From assembly GCA_045113315.1 (NCBI GenBank), contig JBGUIX010000006.1, positions 168,756 to 232,755 on the forward strand: DNA of 64,000 nt, given 5' to 3'. The stretch is from Bacilli bacterium. GTDB taxonomy: Bacteria > Bacillota_I > Bacilli_A > RFN20 > CAG-826. Shown one piece after another: positions 8,098 to 18,099 of the stretch. Positions within the stretch are counted from its first letter, which is position 1; the number at the start of each line of letters is the position of its first letter. The notes beneath the pieces were generated by a model. The model was not told the origin of the DNA and ran no database searches. It was given only the letters and a program-made list of their open reading frames with translations. Position numbers and translations under genes: made by a program.

Positions 8098-9375
8098 ATG
8101 TTTATAGATCGTGCTGTCATTGAGGTAAGAAGTGGAAAAGGTGGCGATGGCGCCATCGCTTTCTTGCGTGAAAAATTCGTGCCCAAAGGTGGCCCAGCTG
8201 GAGGTAACGGTGGTCGTGGTGCTTCTATCTATTTAAGAGCTAATAGCCACATCAATACCTTGTTTAATTTCCGTCATAGTAAAACCTTTATCGGCAAAGA
8301 CGGAGAAAAAGGTGGCATTAAAAACCAATTTGGTAAATATGCCGAAGATGTCATTATTGATGTCCCAGTTGGTACCGTCGTCTTCGAAGAAGAAGGTCAT
8401 AAATTTTTAGGTGATTTAAACGAAGATGGCAAGATCATTAAAGTTGCTAAAGGTGGAAGAGGTGGAAGAGGCAATTCGGCATTTAAAAGTTCCACTAATC
8501 GCGCCCCTAAGATTGCTGAAAATGGTGAACCAGGAGAAAGAAAAAGATTAATTCTAGAATTAAAATTATTAGCTGATGTCGGTTTAGTAGGTTTCCCAAG
8601 TGTTGGCAAATCAACTTTATTAAGTGTTGTTAGTTCTGCTAGACCAGAAATCGCTGATTATCCATTTACCACAATTGTTCCTAATTTAGGTGTTGTCTCT
8701 TTAAAGGATGGTCGTTCATTTGTGATGGCGGATCTTCCAGGTTTAATCGAAGGGGCCCATCTAGGTAAAGGATTAGGCTTACAATTCTTAAGACATATTG
8801 AAAGATGTCGTGTTATTATCCATGTCATCGATATGGGTAATTCAGGGAGAGATCCTATTAATGATTACAAAGTAATCAATGAAGAGCTTAAACAATATGG
8901 TTTTGGCTTAGAAAATAGACCTCGTATTCTTTTGGCCAGCAAGATGGATGAAGACGGGGCTAAACAAAGATTAGAAGAGTTTAAAAAAGAGATTAAAGAA
9001 GAAATTATTCCGATTTCCGCTTTATCAGAAGAAGGCATTGAACTAGCTTTATATAAATGTGCTGACTTATTAGAAAAAACACCTCTATTTCCTCTATACG
9101 ATGAAAGTAGTGATGAACTCGATAATAAAGTTTATGAACTAGAAGAAGAAACTAAGCCATTTGTGGTGGAAAAAATTAAAAGCCATGAATTTAGAATTAG
9201 TGGTGAACAAATTGTTAAATTTTATCGTATGACTAATATCTCCACCGATGAAGGCATGATGGTTTTAATGACTAGATTAAGAAAGCTTAGAGTGGATGAT
9301 GAACTCGAAAGATTAGGAGCTGAAGATGGTGATATCGTCTACTTAGACGATTTCTCATTTGAATATGTGAGTTAA
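8098..9375 (+). CDS. obg: GTPase Obg
   Basis: Gly-rich N-terminal domain, G motifs GFPSVGKST and DLPG, C-terminal OCT domain. Confidence 0.9.
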   Translation: MFIDRAVIEVRSGKGGDGAIAFLREKFVPKGGPAGGNGGRGASIYLRANSHINTLFNFRHSKTFIGKDGEKGGIKNQFGKYAEDVIIDVPVGTVVFEEEGHKFLGDLNEDGKIIKVAKGGRGGRGNSAFKSSTNRAPKIAENGEPGERKRLILELKLLADVGLVGFPSVGKSTLLSVVSSARPEIADYPFTTIVPNLGVVSLKDGRSFVMADLPGLIEGAHLGKGLGLQFLRHIERCRVIIHVIDMGNSGRDPINDYKVINEELKQYGFGLENRPRILLASKMDEDGAKQRLEEFKKEIKEEIIPISALSEEGIELALYKCADLLEKTPLFPLYDESSDELDNKVYELEEETKPFVVEKIKSHEFRISGEQIVKFYRMTNISTDEGMMVLMTRLRKLRVDDELERLGAEDGDIVYLDDFSFEYVS

Positions 9376-9376
9376 T

Positions 9377-10111
9377 ATGAAATTAGAACAATATTTAGAT
9401 GTCATCGTTTCATTTTTAAAAGACTATCTTAACGATAGCCATATGGATGGTTATGTCCTCGGTTTATCAGGTGGAGTTGATTCCTCTTTAGTGGCCGCTT
9501 TAAGTAAAAAAGCTGTCGGTAAAGATAGATTAACATGCATCATGATGCCAATCGATTCTCATCCCGATGATTTAAAAGACGCCAAAGAATTAGCGAAAGC
9601 TTTAGATTTAAATTATGTTATTTTAGATGCTAGTGAAGCCTTTCATAATATGAAAGACATGTTTATTAAAGCTGGTATTGAACTAGACAGTGCATCCTTA
9701 TCTAACTTAAAAGTGAGATTAAGAATGTCGATGCTTTATGCATATGGACAAAAACATCGTTATTTAGTTCTTGGCACTGATAATATGGATGAAAGATATA
9801 CTGGTTATTTCACTAAATATGGTGATGGAGCGGCTGATATCTTACCAATCGTCTACCTCACCAAAGGTGAAGTAGTGAAAGCGAGCAAATTACTAGGTGT
9901 ACCAACTCGTTTAGCAGAAAGAGTGCCTTCCGCGGGATTATTCGAAGGACAAACTGATGAAAAAGAGATGGGCGTTAAATATTCTGATTTAGATAATTTC
10001 CTATTAGGAAATAAAGTTGATCCAAAAGTGGAAGAAAGAATCTTACATCTTCATAAAATTAGTGAACATAAAAGAAATCCAATTCCCACCCCACCGGAGT
10101 TTAAAAGATGA
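9377..10111 (+). CDS. nadE: NH3-dependent NAD+ synthetase
   Basis: SGGVDSS PP-loop; length about 244 aa. Confidence 0.85.
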   Translation: MKLEQYLDVIVSFLKDYLNDSHMDGYVLGLSGGVDSSLVAALSKKAVGKDRLTCIMMPIDSHPDDLKDAKELAKALDLNYVILDASEAFHNMKDMFIKAGIELDSASLSNLKVRLRMSMLYAYGQKHRYLVLGTDNMDERYTGYFTKYGDGAADILPIVYLTKGEVVKASKLLGVPTRLAERVPSAGLFEGQTDEKEMGVKYSDLDNFLLGNKVDPKVEERILHLHKISEHKRNPIPTPPEFKR

Positions 10112-10203
10112 AAGGGAAAGGAGAAATAATCCTCTTAGCAGGACTTATCACTTCTCTATTTACTATCATCTTTATAATAATATTTATTATGGCGTTTAAA
10201 TAA
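10108..10203 (+). CDS. Possible 31-aa hydrophobic micro-protein (MKGKGEIILLAGLITSLFTIIFIIIFIMAFK)
   Basis: ATGA overlap with the nadE stop. Ends 12 nt before the ruvA ATG within TAAGGAGG. Could be a chance ORF in AT-rich DNA. Confidence 0.25.
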   Translation: MKGKGEIILLAGLITSLFTIIFIIIFIMAFK

Positions 10204-10215
10204 GGAGGAAAAAAT

Positions 10216-10770
10216 ATGATCTATTTTCTTAAAGGTAAAGTTACTTTAAAAGATAAAGATACATTAGTAATTGACGTCAGAGACGTCGGTTATCAAGTTT
10301 TAGTGTCTCATATCGATGACTATAACATCGGTGATGAAGTTTTAATTTATACCTATAATGTCGTTAGAGAAGATGAACAATATTTAGTGGGTTTCTCTTC
10401 TTTAGAAGAAAAATCAGTTTTTCTCTCTTTAATTAAAGTAAAAGGCTTAGGTCCAAAAAGTGCGATTGGAGCCTTATCTTCAACTTCTCCACAAGAAGTG
10501 ATTAATGCGATTGCAAGCAACAATGTTGCTTATTTAAAGAAATTACCAGGTATTGGGGCCAAAGCTGCCGCTCAAATTATCTTAGATTTGAAAGGTGAAT
10601 TAACCGGTGGCACTAAAGGCGATCCAACCGTTTATGATGAAGTTTACGAAGCTCTTAAAGGTTTAGGATTTAAAGGTGCGGCGATCGACCGTGTCTTAGC
10701 AACAATTAATGAACCTGGAGCGAGCAGCGAAGACATCTTACGTATCGCATTAAATAAATTAAGGAAATAA
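10216..10770 (+). CDS. ruvA: Holliday junction helicase subunit RuvA
   Basis: HhH motifs ([12 protein letters not shown]; [12 protein letters not shown]); ruvA-ruvB arrangement. Confidence 0.85.
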   Translation: MIYFLKGKVTLKDKDTLVIDVRDVGYQVLVSHIDDYNIGDEVLIYTYNVVREDEQYLVGFSSLEEKSVFLSLIKVKGLGPKSAIGALSSTSPQEVINAIASNNVAYLKKLPGIGAKAAAQIILDLKGELTGGTKGDPTVYDEVYEALKGLGFKGAAIDRVLATINEPGASSEDILRIALNKLRK

Positions 10771-10772
10771 TT

Positions 10773-11777
10773 ATGTCTCGTTTATTAGATGCCCATGTTA
10801 ATAAAAATGATTTACAAGAAGAGATATCTTTAAGACCACAGAAATTAAAAGAATATGTCGGTCAAAAAGATTTAAAGAAAAATCTCGAAGTTTTTATCGG
10901 CGCCGCTTTACACCGTGATGAGCCTCTTGATCATATTCTTTTCTATGGTCCTCCAGGACTTGGCAAGACCACATTAGCTTATGTTATCGCTAATGAGATG
11001 GGGGCTAATATCCATGTCGCTAATGGACCAAGTATTGAAAAGATTGGTGATTTAGCCGCCATTCTTTCTGGTATTGAACCAGGTGATATTTTATTTATCG
11101 ATGAGATTCATCGTTTGCCAAGAATCGTGGAAGAATCCTTATATACCGCGATGGAAGATTTTAAATTTTCGATCGTCATAAATCGTGATGTAAATTCCAA
11201 AGCTTTGACGATGAATTTACCGCCTTTTACTCTTATTGGTGCCACCACCAGAGCTGGTGATTTATCCGCTCCACTTAGAGCAAGGTTCGGTATAACCGAA
11301 AAACTCAATTTTTACGATCTCGATGAGGTGGAACAAATCGTCACTAGAACCGCGAAGGTCTTCGGGGCTAAAATCGATAAAAAAGCGGCGGAAGAAATCG
11401 CAAAAAGAAGTCGTGGAACTCCCCGTATCGCTAACCGTTTATTTAAAAGAGTGAGAGACTTTGCTAACTTCAAAGGTAAGGATGATATCGATTTAGCGGA
11501 TGCTTTAGAAGCTCTTAATGCTTTAAAGGTTGATGACATCGGTTTAGATGATGTCGATATTAGATATTTAAAAACCTTAATTGAAAGATTTAATGGTGGA
11601 CCAGTTGGTCTAGATACGCTAGCTAATGCGATTGGTGAAGAGATTATGAATCTTGAAGACGTTTATGAACCATATCTCTTACAGATTGGATTTATCGATC
11701 GCACACCGCGTGGTAGAGTCGCTAACCCGAAAGCTTATAAACATTTAAAAATTACCCATCAAGAGGCTTTGTTTTAA
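10773..11777 (+). CDS. ruvB: Holliday junction helicase RuvB
   Basis: AAA+ [15 protein letters not shown], sensor regions. Confidence 0.9.
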   Translation: MSRLLDAHVNKNDLQEEISLRPQKLKEYVGQKDLKKNLEVFIGAALHRDEPLDHILFYGPPGLGKTTLAYVIANEMGANIHVANGPSIEKIGDLAAILSGIEPGDILFIDEIHRLPRIVEESLYTAMEDFKFSIVINRDVNSKALTMNLPPFTLIGATTRAGDLSAPLRARFGITEKLNFYDLDEVEQIVTRTAKVFGAKIDKKAAEEIAKRSRGTPRIANRLFKRVRDFANFKGKDDIDLADALEALNALKVDDIGLDDVDIRYLKTLIERFNGGPVGLDTLANAIGEEIMNLEDVYEPYLLQIGFIDRTPRGRVANPKAYKHLKITHQEALF

Positions 11778-11896
11778 AAAAGTCTCTTTTGTATATATGC
11801 GTGTGCGCATTTAATTATTGAAATACACTTACTTTTAGTATAATCTTATTTAGAACGCGCTTGCGTGATGTGTATTTTTTGTGAGGAGGAAGAGAC

Positions 11897-14584
11897 ATGA
11901 GAAGACTATGGTCCTATGTTATTCTAACTGGTGCTTCATTATTGTTAATGGGTGCATCATTTAACAACATTGTTAAACAAACAACTTCTAACATCGAATA
12001 TAGCGATGGAAAAGAAATGGTTTTCCGTATTTCTGATAAAGATAGCGGAGTGGATTTAGAAGAGAAAGACGCGGACGGTAATGTTCCAAGCGAACTTATC
12101 GCTAACAGCATGATTAAACGTCTTGATTCTTTATCTATTACTAATTACGAAGTATCCACTGAAAGTTATGACACAGTGAAAGTTACTTTAAAACAAGATA
12201 CCGATGAAAATTACGAAAATGTCAAAAAGCTCATGGCCTTCGATGGTTCTTTAGCTCTCTCCTCAAAATTAGATGATTTCCGTGTTAACAAAGATGAAAA
12301 TGAAAAATTCATTACTGGTAATGCCTTTTTAGAAACTAAAAATGATTATCCTTCTGTGAATATTCCTGTTGGCGATCACTTCAAAGAACTCTATGATATC
12401 GTCAAGAAATATAAGGAAGATAATAACACTGAAGCGGCAGAAAGTAGCACCAGTGGTGAAGGTGAAGATGCGCAAACTACTTACACCTATAATTTATATC
12501 TCTGGCATGACTATGAAGACGGTAACACCTTCTCTCAAACTCAATCCGGAAATGAAGATTATGATGAAAAAGTCGCGGAAAAGATCTTCATGAACTTCGA
12601 CATCGCTGAACTTGAAAAATTAGAAGAAGATGGTAAAGAAATTAATAATTTAACCGCCTTCGTCAATGTCCAAGACGCGAATAACAATCAAAAATATGAA
12701 GCTAGTGAAGTGAGAAAAGCTTTTGATACCGCCAGATTCTATGTTTCATTAATTAACTGTGGTTCATTAGATTATAAAGTCACATTCTTATACGAGAATA
12801 GTGTGAACGCTATTACTGAACAATTAGTGAGTACTGATGGTCATTTATTATGGACATCAACCTTAAGAGCGACTATCGTTTGCGTTATCATTTTATGTTT
12901 GTTATTAGCGGTCTTCTATCGTTTATCCACTTTAGCAACTGCGACATTAACATTAGGTAGTGTTTTTGCTGGTATCGGCTCTTTAATTTGGTTCACCGCC
13001 GAATTTAATGCGGCTGGCTTAATTGCTTTATGCGCTGTAGCAATTGTCTCTTTAGTGAGCAGTGTCATCTATTTAACAAAGTTAAAAGAAGAAGCTTATA
13101 GAGGTCGTAGCTTAAAGAAAGCGAACTCTGAAGCGAGCAAGAAATCATTACTTCCAATCGTTGATGTGAACGTCTTATTAATTATTGTTGGTATTTTCTG
13201 CTATGTCTTAGGTGGTTCATTAATGAGATCATTTGCGATTATCTCCGTTATCGGTGGTATCGCTTCCTTAGTTTTAAATACGATCGTTTTAAAATTACTC
13301 ATGTGGTTAGCGACTAACACCACAAAATTACAAGGTAAATACGAAGTATTCGGTATCGATAGTAAGAATGTTCCTAACTTATTAAAAGAAGAAAAACAAA
13401 CTTATTATGGTAATTATGCGAATAAAGATTTCACCAAGAAGAGAAAATTAGTGGGTATCTTTGCTTCTATCTTATTCGTAGCTGGTTTAACCGGCATGAT
13501 CGTCTTTGGAAGTCTAAATAAAGGCGTTGTTTATAATAATGGTGGTACTATCCAAAATAGCGAAATATTTGTTGAAACAAATAGTGAACACACTTTAATT
13601 ACTGAACAGGCCATTAGAGATATCTTAGCGAATACTTATACATATGAAAAAGATGAGAAGAAATCTACATCTTTAGAAAAACAAATTAGTGACATCCTTT
13701 ATAAGACAAGAGAAGATGTCGATGAAGATAAACAAACAGTTTATTATTCCTATTACGTTATTAAGCTCAATAGCAAGATTAACGATGATAAATATAATGC
13801 ATATTATATTACGCTCGATAGTGAAGGTAAGGAAACTTCCCGTACTTATTCTAGTAAAGAAGAAGGCGGTATCTCCGCTTTAATCAATTCCCAAGTCTTT
13901 GCGATTGATGAACAAGTTTCTACGAGCTTAAAAGCCGTGGATGTGAAGAGCGTTCAACAACCAGAATTCGCTCCTGTGATGTATGCTACTTTAGTCGGTA
14001 TTGCGGTAGCGAGTTTCTATCTCTTACTTAGATATAGATTATCTCGTGGTTTAGCAAGCTTTGTGGTCACATCTTTAGTGACAGGTATTGTCGCTGGATT
14101 CTTCGCTTATACCCGTTTAGCGGTCACAAACTATGCGGTTATTGTTATTCCAGTTGTCGCTTTATTCACATTAGTGACTACAGTTCTTTATTTGAATAAA
14201 GAAAGAGAAATGGTTTTAGAAGATAAGAACAAAGATAATTCCTTTGAAAATAGAGAAGCGATTATGATTAAATCTACTTCCCTAGCTTATTCTTCTGCCT
14301 TATTAGTTTCTATCTTAGCGATTTACATCGGCATCAACTTCTTCGGATTTGGTGCGGCGAATAACGCTTGGTTATTCTTAGTGTTAATCGTCGGCATCTT
14401 TGCTGCTTTATTCTTCGTCACTAACTTACTTGGACCAGTTGGACAATTCTTCTATAAATTATTCTCCAAGGTCAATATCGAAAAATTCACTAACAAGTTC
14501 AAAGGAAAGAAAAAGAAGAAAGTGGTTAATACTCCTCGTTCCGCTGAACCTGAAGAAAGAATCTTTATCGGTATTAACGATTAA
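11897..14584 (+). CDS. secDF: Protein-export membrane protein SecDF (fused)
   Basis: Two clusters of six TM helices separated by large extracytoplasmic domains. Position after ruvAB as in Bacillus. Confidence 0.75.
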   Translation: MRRLWSYVILTGASLLLMGASFNNIVKQTTSNIEYSDGKEMVFRISDKDSGVDLEEKDADGNVPSELIANSMIKRLDSLSITNYEVSTESYDTVKVTLKQDTDENYENVKKLMAFDGSLALSSKLDDFRVNKDENEKFITGNAFLETKNDYPSVNIPVGDHFKELYDIVKKYKEDNNTEAAESSTSGEGEDAQTTYTYNLYLWHDYEDGNTFSQTQSGNEDYDEKVAEKIFMNFDIAELEKLEEDGKEINNLTAFVNVQDANNNQKYEASEVRKAFDTARFYVSLINCGSLDYKVTFLYENSVNAITEQLVSTDGHLLWTSTLRATIVCVIILCLLLAVFYRLSTLATATLTLGSVFAGIGSLIWFTAEFNAAGLIALCAVAIVSLVSSVIYLTKLKEEAYRGRSLKKANSEASKKSLLPIVDVNVLLIIVGIFCYVLGGSLMRSFAIISVIGGIASLVLNTIVLKLLMWLATNTTKLQGKYEVFGIDSKNVPNLLKEEKQTYYGNYANKDFTKKRKLVGIFASILFVAGLTGMIVFGSLNKGVVYNNGGTIQNSEIFVETNSEHTLITEQAIRDILANTYTYEKDEKKSTSLEKQISDILYKTREDVDEDKQTVYYSYYVIKLNSKINDDKYNAYYITLDSEGKETSRTYSSKEEGGISALINSQVFAIDEQVSTSLKAVDVKSVQQPEFAPVMYATLVGIAVASFYLLLRYRLSRGLASFVVTSLVTGIVAGFFAYTRLAVTNYAVIVIPVVALFTLVTTVLYLNKEREMVLEDKNKDNSFENREAIMIKSTSLAYSSALLVSILAIYIGINFFGFGAANNAWLFLVLIVGIFAALFFVTNLLGPVGQFFYKLFSKVNIEKFTNKFKGKKKKKVVNTPRSAEPEERIFIGIND

Positions 14585-14590
14585 TGTAAT

Positions 14591-14616
14591 AGGCTACCTA
14601 ACGGTGGCCTTTTTTG
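14591..14616 (+). terminator. Rho-independent terminator after secDF
   Basis: AGGCTACC-TAAC-GGTGGCCT + TTTTTT, ending 5 nt before the recJ ATG. Confidence 0.6.
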
Positions 14617-14620
14617 GAAT

Positions 14621-16186
14621 ATGAAAGACACTTTATTTGCTCGTTTATTAAATTATTATCACATTAGTGAAAATGACTATTTAGAAAAAACTAGAGATGT
14701 CTCTATCTCTAATTTTGCGCTTGGCCATGAATTTAAAAGAATGGATGAAGCTGTGAATTTAGTAAAAGAAGCGATTAAGAATAAAGATAAAATCTTTATA
14801 TACGGTGATTATGATGCGGATGGCATTATGTCGACATCGATCATTACTAAAAGTTTATTAACATTAGGAGTTATTCCTTTATATTACATTCCTAACCGTT
14901 ATAACGATGGGTATGGCATTAACTTAGCTAAGTCAGAAGAAATCGTTAATAAGGGTGTGAAATTAGTTATTACTGTCGATAACGGGATATCAGCAAATGA
15001 GTCAATCGAATATTTAAAAGAACATGGTGTCAAAGTTTTAGTTCTTGATCATCATAGCGTTCCAGAAGTCGTTCCTAACGCTGATGTCATTATTCATCCT
15101 AGTTATAGTGAATTTGGAGAAGTAGCTACATCCGCGGGATTTGTTTCCTTTATGTTCTCCTACTCATTACTTGGAAGATTTGATAAATATTTAGCCACTT
15201 TAGCGTCGATATCACTTATTAGTGATATGATGCCTCTATTAGAATATAACCGTGACTTCTTAAGATTAATTTTTGCTAATTATAGAAATGGCGAATTTTA
15301 TAATATCGACTTTTTAAAAGAAGATATGAAATTTGATGAAGTGGCGATCGGGATGAAAATCGCTCCAAAGATCAACGCTTTAGGTCGTTTATTAGATGAT
15401 GAAACAATTAATTATGTCGTGAGATTTTTTGTCACTCAAGATCATGAAAAGATTGATAAGATTGGTAATTGGATTGTTAATATCAACGAAAAGAGAAAAC
15501 AAGCCAGTAAAGATAGTGATAACTTAGCAGTGGATATAAAAGAAGATGATCCCGCAATCTTAGTCGTCAAAGATATCAAAGAAGGATTGTTAGGGCTTAT
15601 CGCTAATAATTTATGTTCGACTTATCATAAACCTACAATCGTCTTTACCGAAGAAAGAGATGGTGAGTGTTTAAAAGGTAGCGCTAGAGCGCCTGAAGGC
15701 TTTAATGTAGTGGACGCTTTTAATTATTGTAGTGACCTCATGGTCACTTCTGGTGGACACGCTTTAGCGGGTGGATGTTCAATTAAAAAAGAAGACTATG
15801 AAAAATTTAAAAATAAATTCTATGAATTCGCTAAAAAGACTCCAATTGTTGTGGAAGAAAAAGAAGATATTCCACTTGGATTAACCGAAATTAATGAAGA
15901 AAATTATCAATTAATCAATTCATTTTCTCCTTTTGGAGAAAGTTGGAAAGCTCCTATCTTTAGACTAAAACATATTAAAACCGATTCTTTGATGTTTTCT
16001 AAAAGCGGGGAACATATCTTAACTTATGTTGGTTATGGCGTGAAGCTGACTGGCTTTAATATTAGTAAAGACTCTCTTAGTGATTATCAGTTTGTAGATC
16101 TTATCGGCACGATTAAAAAGAGTAGCTATCATGGACAAGAATCCATTGAATTTAATATCAAAAAAGCTGTCAGTGCGGATAAATAA
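14621..16186 (+). CDS. recJ: DHH-family single-stranded-DNA exonuclease RecJ (short form)
   Basis: DHH motifs IYGDYDADGIMS, TVDNG, LVLDHH; GGH (DHHA1) region. Confidence 0.75.
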   Translation: MKDTLFARLLNYYHISENDYLEKTRDVSISNFALGHEFKRMDEAVNLVKEAIKNKDKIFIYGDYDADGIMSTSIITKSLLTLGVIPLYYIPNRYNDGYGINLAKSEEIVNKGVKLVITVDNGISANESIEYLKEHGVKVLVLDHHSVPEVVPNADVIIHPSYSEFGEVATSAGFVSFMFSYSLLGRFDKYLATLASISLISDMMPLLEYNRDFLRLIFANYRNGEFYNIDFLKEDMKFDEVAIGMKIAPKINALGRLLDDETINYVVRFFVTQDHEKIDKIGNWIVNINEKRKQASKDSDNLAVDIKEDDPAILVVKDIKEGLLGLIANNLCSTYHKPTIVFTEERDGECLKGSARAPEGFNVVDAFNYCSDLMVTSGGHALAGGCSIKKEDYEKFKNKFYEFAKKTPIVVEEKEDIPLGLTEINEENYQLINSFSPFGESWKAPIFRLKHIKTDSLMFSKSGEHILTYVGYGVKLTGFNISKDSLSDYQFVDLIGTIKKSSYHGQESIEFNIKKAVSADK

Positions 16187-16291
16187 TTTATAACCTATAT
16201 TTTAAAAGATACCGTCTTATAAATATTAATGAACAATACGTTATATTTGTGAAGCGGTTTTTTTAATGCTAAACTTATTAAAGTTTAAGTT

Positions 16292-18097
16292 ATGTTATTC
16301 GGCAAATACATCAATAAATATTATCTAAAATATGCGATTTTCTTCATTATTGGTATCGCCGCTTTAATACTAGTGGATGTGGCTCAGATATTTGTCCCAC
16401 AGTATCTAGGAAAGATTGTTGATATCTTAAGTAATGTTAAAGAAGCACCTTTAAACGCTGATCAGCAAAATCAGATTTTATATATGATTATTGCGACCAT
16501 TGTTATCGCACTCATCATGATGCTTGGCCGATTCTTATGGAGAATCACGATTTTCCATGCTTCTTTTAAGATTGAAGCTAATTTAAGAAAAGAGATGTTT
16601 TTAAAAGCTGAAAGATTATCTCAACGTTATTATCACACTAATAGTGTGGGGACGGTGATGGCGTGGTTTACTAATGATATTGAAACCATTCAAGAATTCT
16701 TTGGATGGGGAACTATTATGCTTGTTGATGCTGGCTTTTTAGCCATCTTAGTGATTGTCGAAATGTTCATATTAGAACCGATTTTATCTTTAGTAGCTAT
16801 TATCCCTATTTTATTAATCGCTTTATGGGGCGCACTCGTCGAGAAATTTATGTCAAAACGTTGGGAATATCGTCAAACTTCCTTCGATAATTTGTATGAT
16901 TTCTGTCAAGAAACATTTACTGGTATCAGTGTGATTAAAGCCTTTGTTAAAGAAAATCAACAATTGAAAGCTTTCGCTAAACTTGCCAGAAGAGATAAAG
17001 ATGTGAATGTTGATTTTGCGCGTGTATCAGTTTTATTTGATTCTTTGATTAATGCGATTATCGCTATCATATTAGCGATCATAATGGGTGTTGGTGGATA
17101 TTTTGTTTATGCTTACGTTACTAATAATCCAGTTGTTTTATTTGAACATGAAGTGACATTAAAACCAGGACAACTGATCACTTATGCTGGCTATTTTGAT
17201 TTATTAATTTGGCCGATGATGGCGATGGGCCATATCATCGCGATGAGAAGTAGAGCGAAAACTTCTTTAAAACGTATCACTCGTTTTTTAGATGAAGAAG
17301 AAGAGATTAAAGACCTTGAAGGTAGTGAAGAATTAAAAGATGTAAAAGGGAAAATCACCTTTAATCATTTTTCTTTCACTTACCCAGGAAGTAATAATAA
17401 AACCATCGATGATATTTCTTTAGAAATAAAAGAAGGAGAAACTATCGGTATTGTGGGAAGAATTGGCTCTGGTAAAACTACTTTAGTCAATTCCTTATTA
17501 AGACTTTATAACTTAGAAGAAAATTCTTTATTAATCGATGACAAAGACATTATGAAATGTAGCATTTCTTCGATTAGAAAAGCGATCGCTTATGTTCCAC
17601 AGGATAATTTCTTATTCTCTGATACCATCGAAAACAATATTAGTTTTTCTAAAGAGAATTTAGATGTTGATTTAATCAAACAAGGAGCGATATTCTCCGA
17701 TATCGATAAAGATATCTCCGATTTCAAACAAGGCTATGAAACAGTCTCTGGAGAAAGAGGAGTGACTCTTTCCGGTGGTCAAAAACAAAGAATTTCTATC
17801 GCTAGAGCTTATGTTAAAAAAGCTCCGATTATGATTCTAGATGATTCCGTTAGCGCGGTAGATGTAAAAACTGAAGAGACAATTTTAAAAAATATTGCCG
17901 AACAAAGAAAAGGCAAGACTACTTTAGTAGTGGCTTCTCGTATTTCTACAGTCTCTCATCTTGATAAGATTGTGGTTTTAGATAACGGCAAATTAGAAGC
18001 GTTTGGTTCTCACCAAGAATTATTAAAGATTTCACCAACCTATAGCAGGATGGTTTATTTACAAAAATTAGAAGAAGAAGTGAAAGGAGGAAATTAA
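16292..18097 (+). CDS. ABC exporter subunit (TMD-NBD), degenerate catalytic base
   Basis: Six-TM N-terminal domain. Walker A GRIGSGKTT, signature LSGGQKQR, Walker B IMILDDS (Asp instead of the catalytic Glu). Confidence 0.85.
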   Translation: MLFGKYINKYYLKYAIFFIIGIAALILVDVAQIFVPQYLGKIVDILSNVKEAPLNADQQNQILYMIIATIVIALIMMLGRFLWRITIFHASFKIEANLRKEMFLKAERLSQRYYHTNSVGTVMAWFTNDIETIQEFFGWGTIMLVDAGFLAILVIVEMFILEPILSLVAIIPILLIALWGALVEKFMSKRWEYRQTSFDNLYDFCQETFTGISVIKAFVKENQQLKAFAKLARRDKDVNVDFARVSVLFDSLINAIIAIILAIIMGVGGYFVYAYVTNNPVVLFEHEVTLKPGQLITYAGYFDLLIWPMMAMGHIIAMRSRAKTSLKRITRFLDEEEEIKDLEGSEELKDVKGKITFNHFSFTYPGSNNKTIDDISLEIKEGETIGIVGRIGSGKTTLVNSLLRLYNLEENSLLIDDKDIMKCSISSIRKAIAYVPQDNFLFSDTIENNISFSKENLDVDLIKQGAIFSDIDKDISDFKQGYETVSGERGVTLSGGQKQRISIARAYVKKAPIMILDDSVSAVDVKTEETILKNIAEQRKGKTTLVVASRISTVSHLDKIVVLDNGKLEAFGSHQELLKISPTYSRMVYLQKLEEEVKGGN

Positions 18098-18099
18098 TC

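Noticed and set aside
10017-10199. 60-aa ORF (MIQKWKKESYIF...)
   Set aside because: Out-of-frame overlap with the nadE 3' end; no support.
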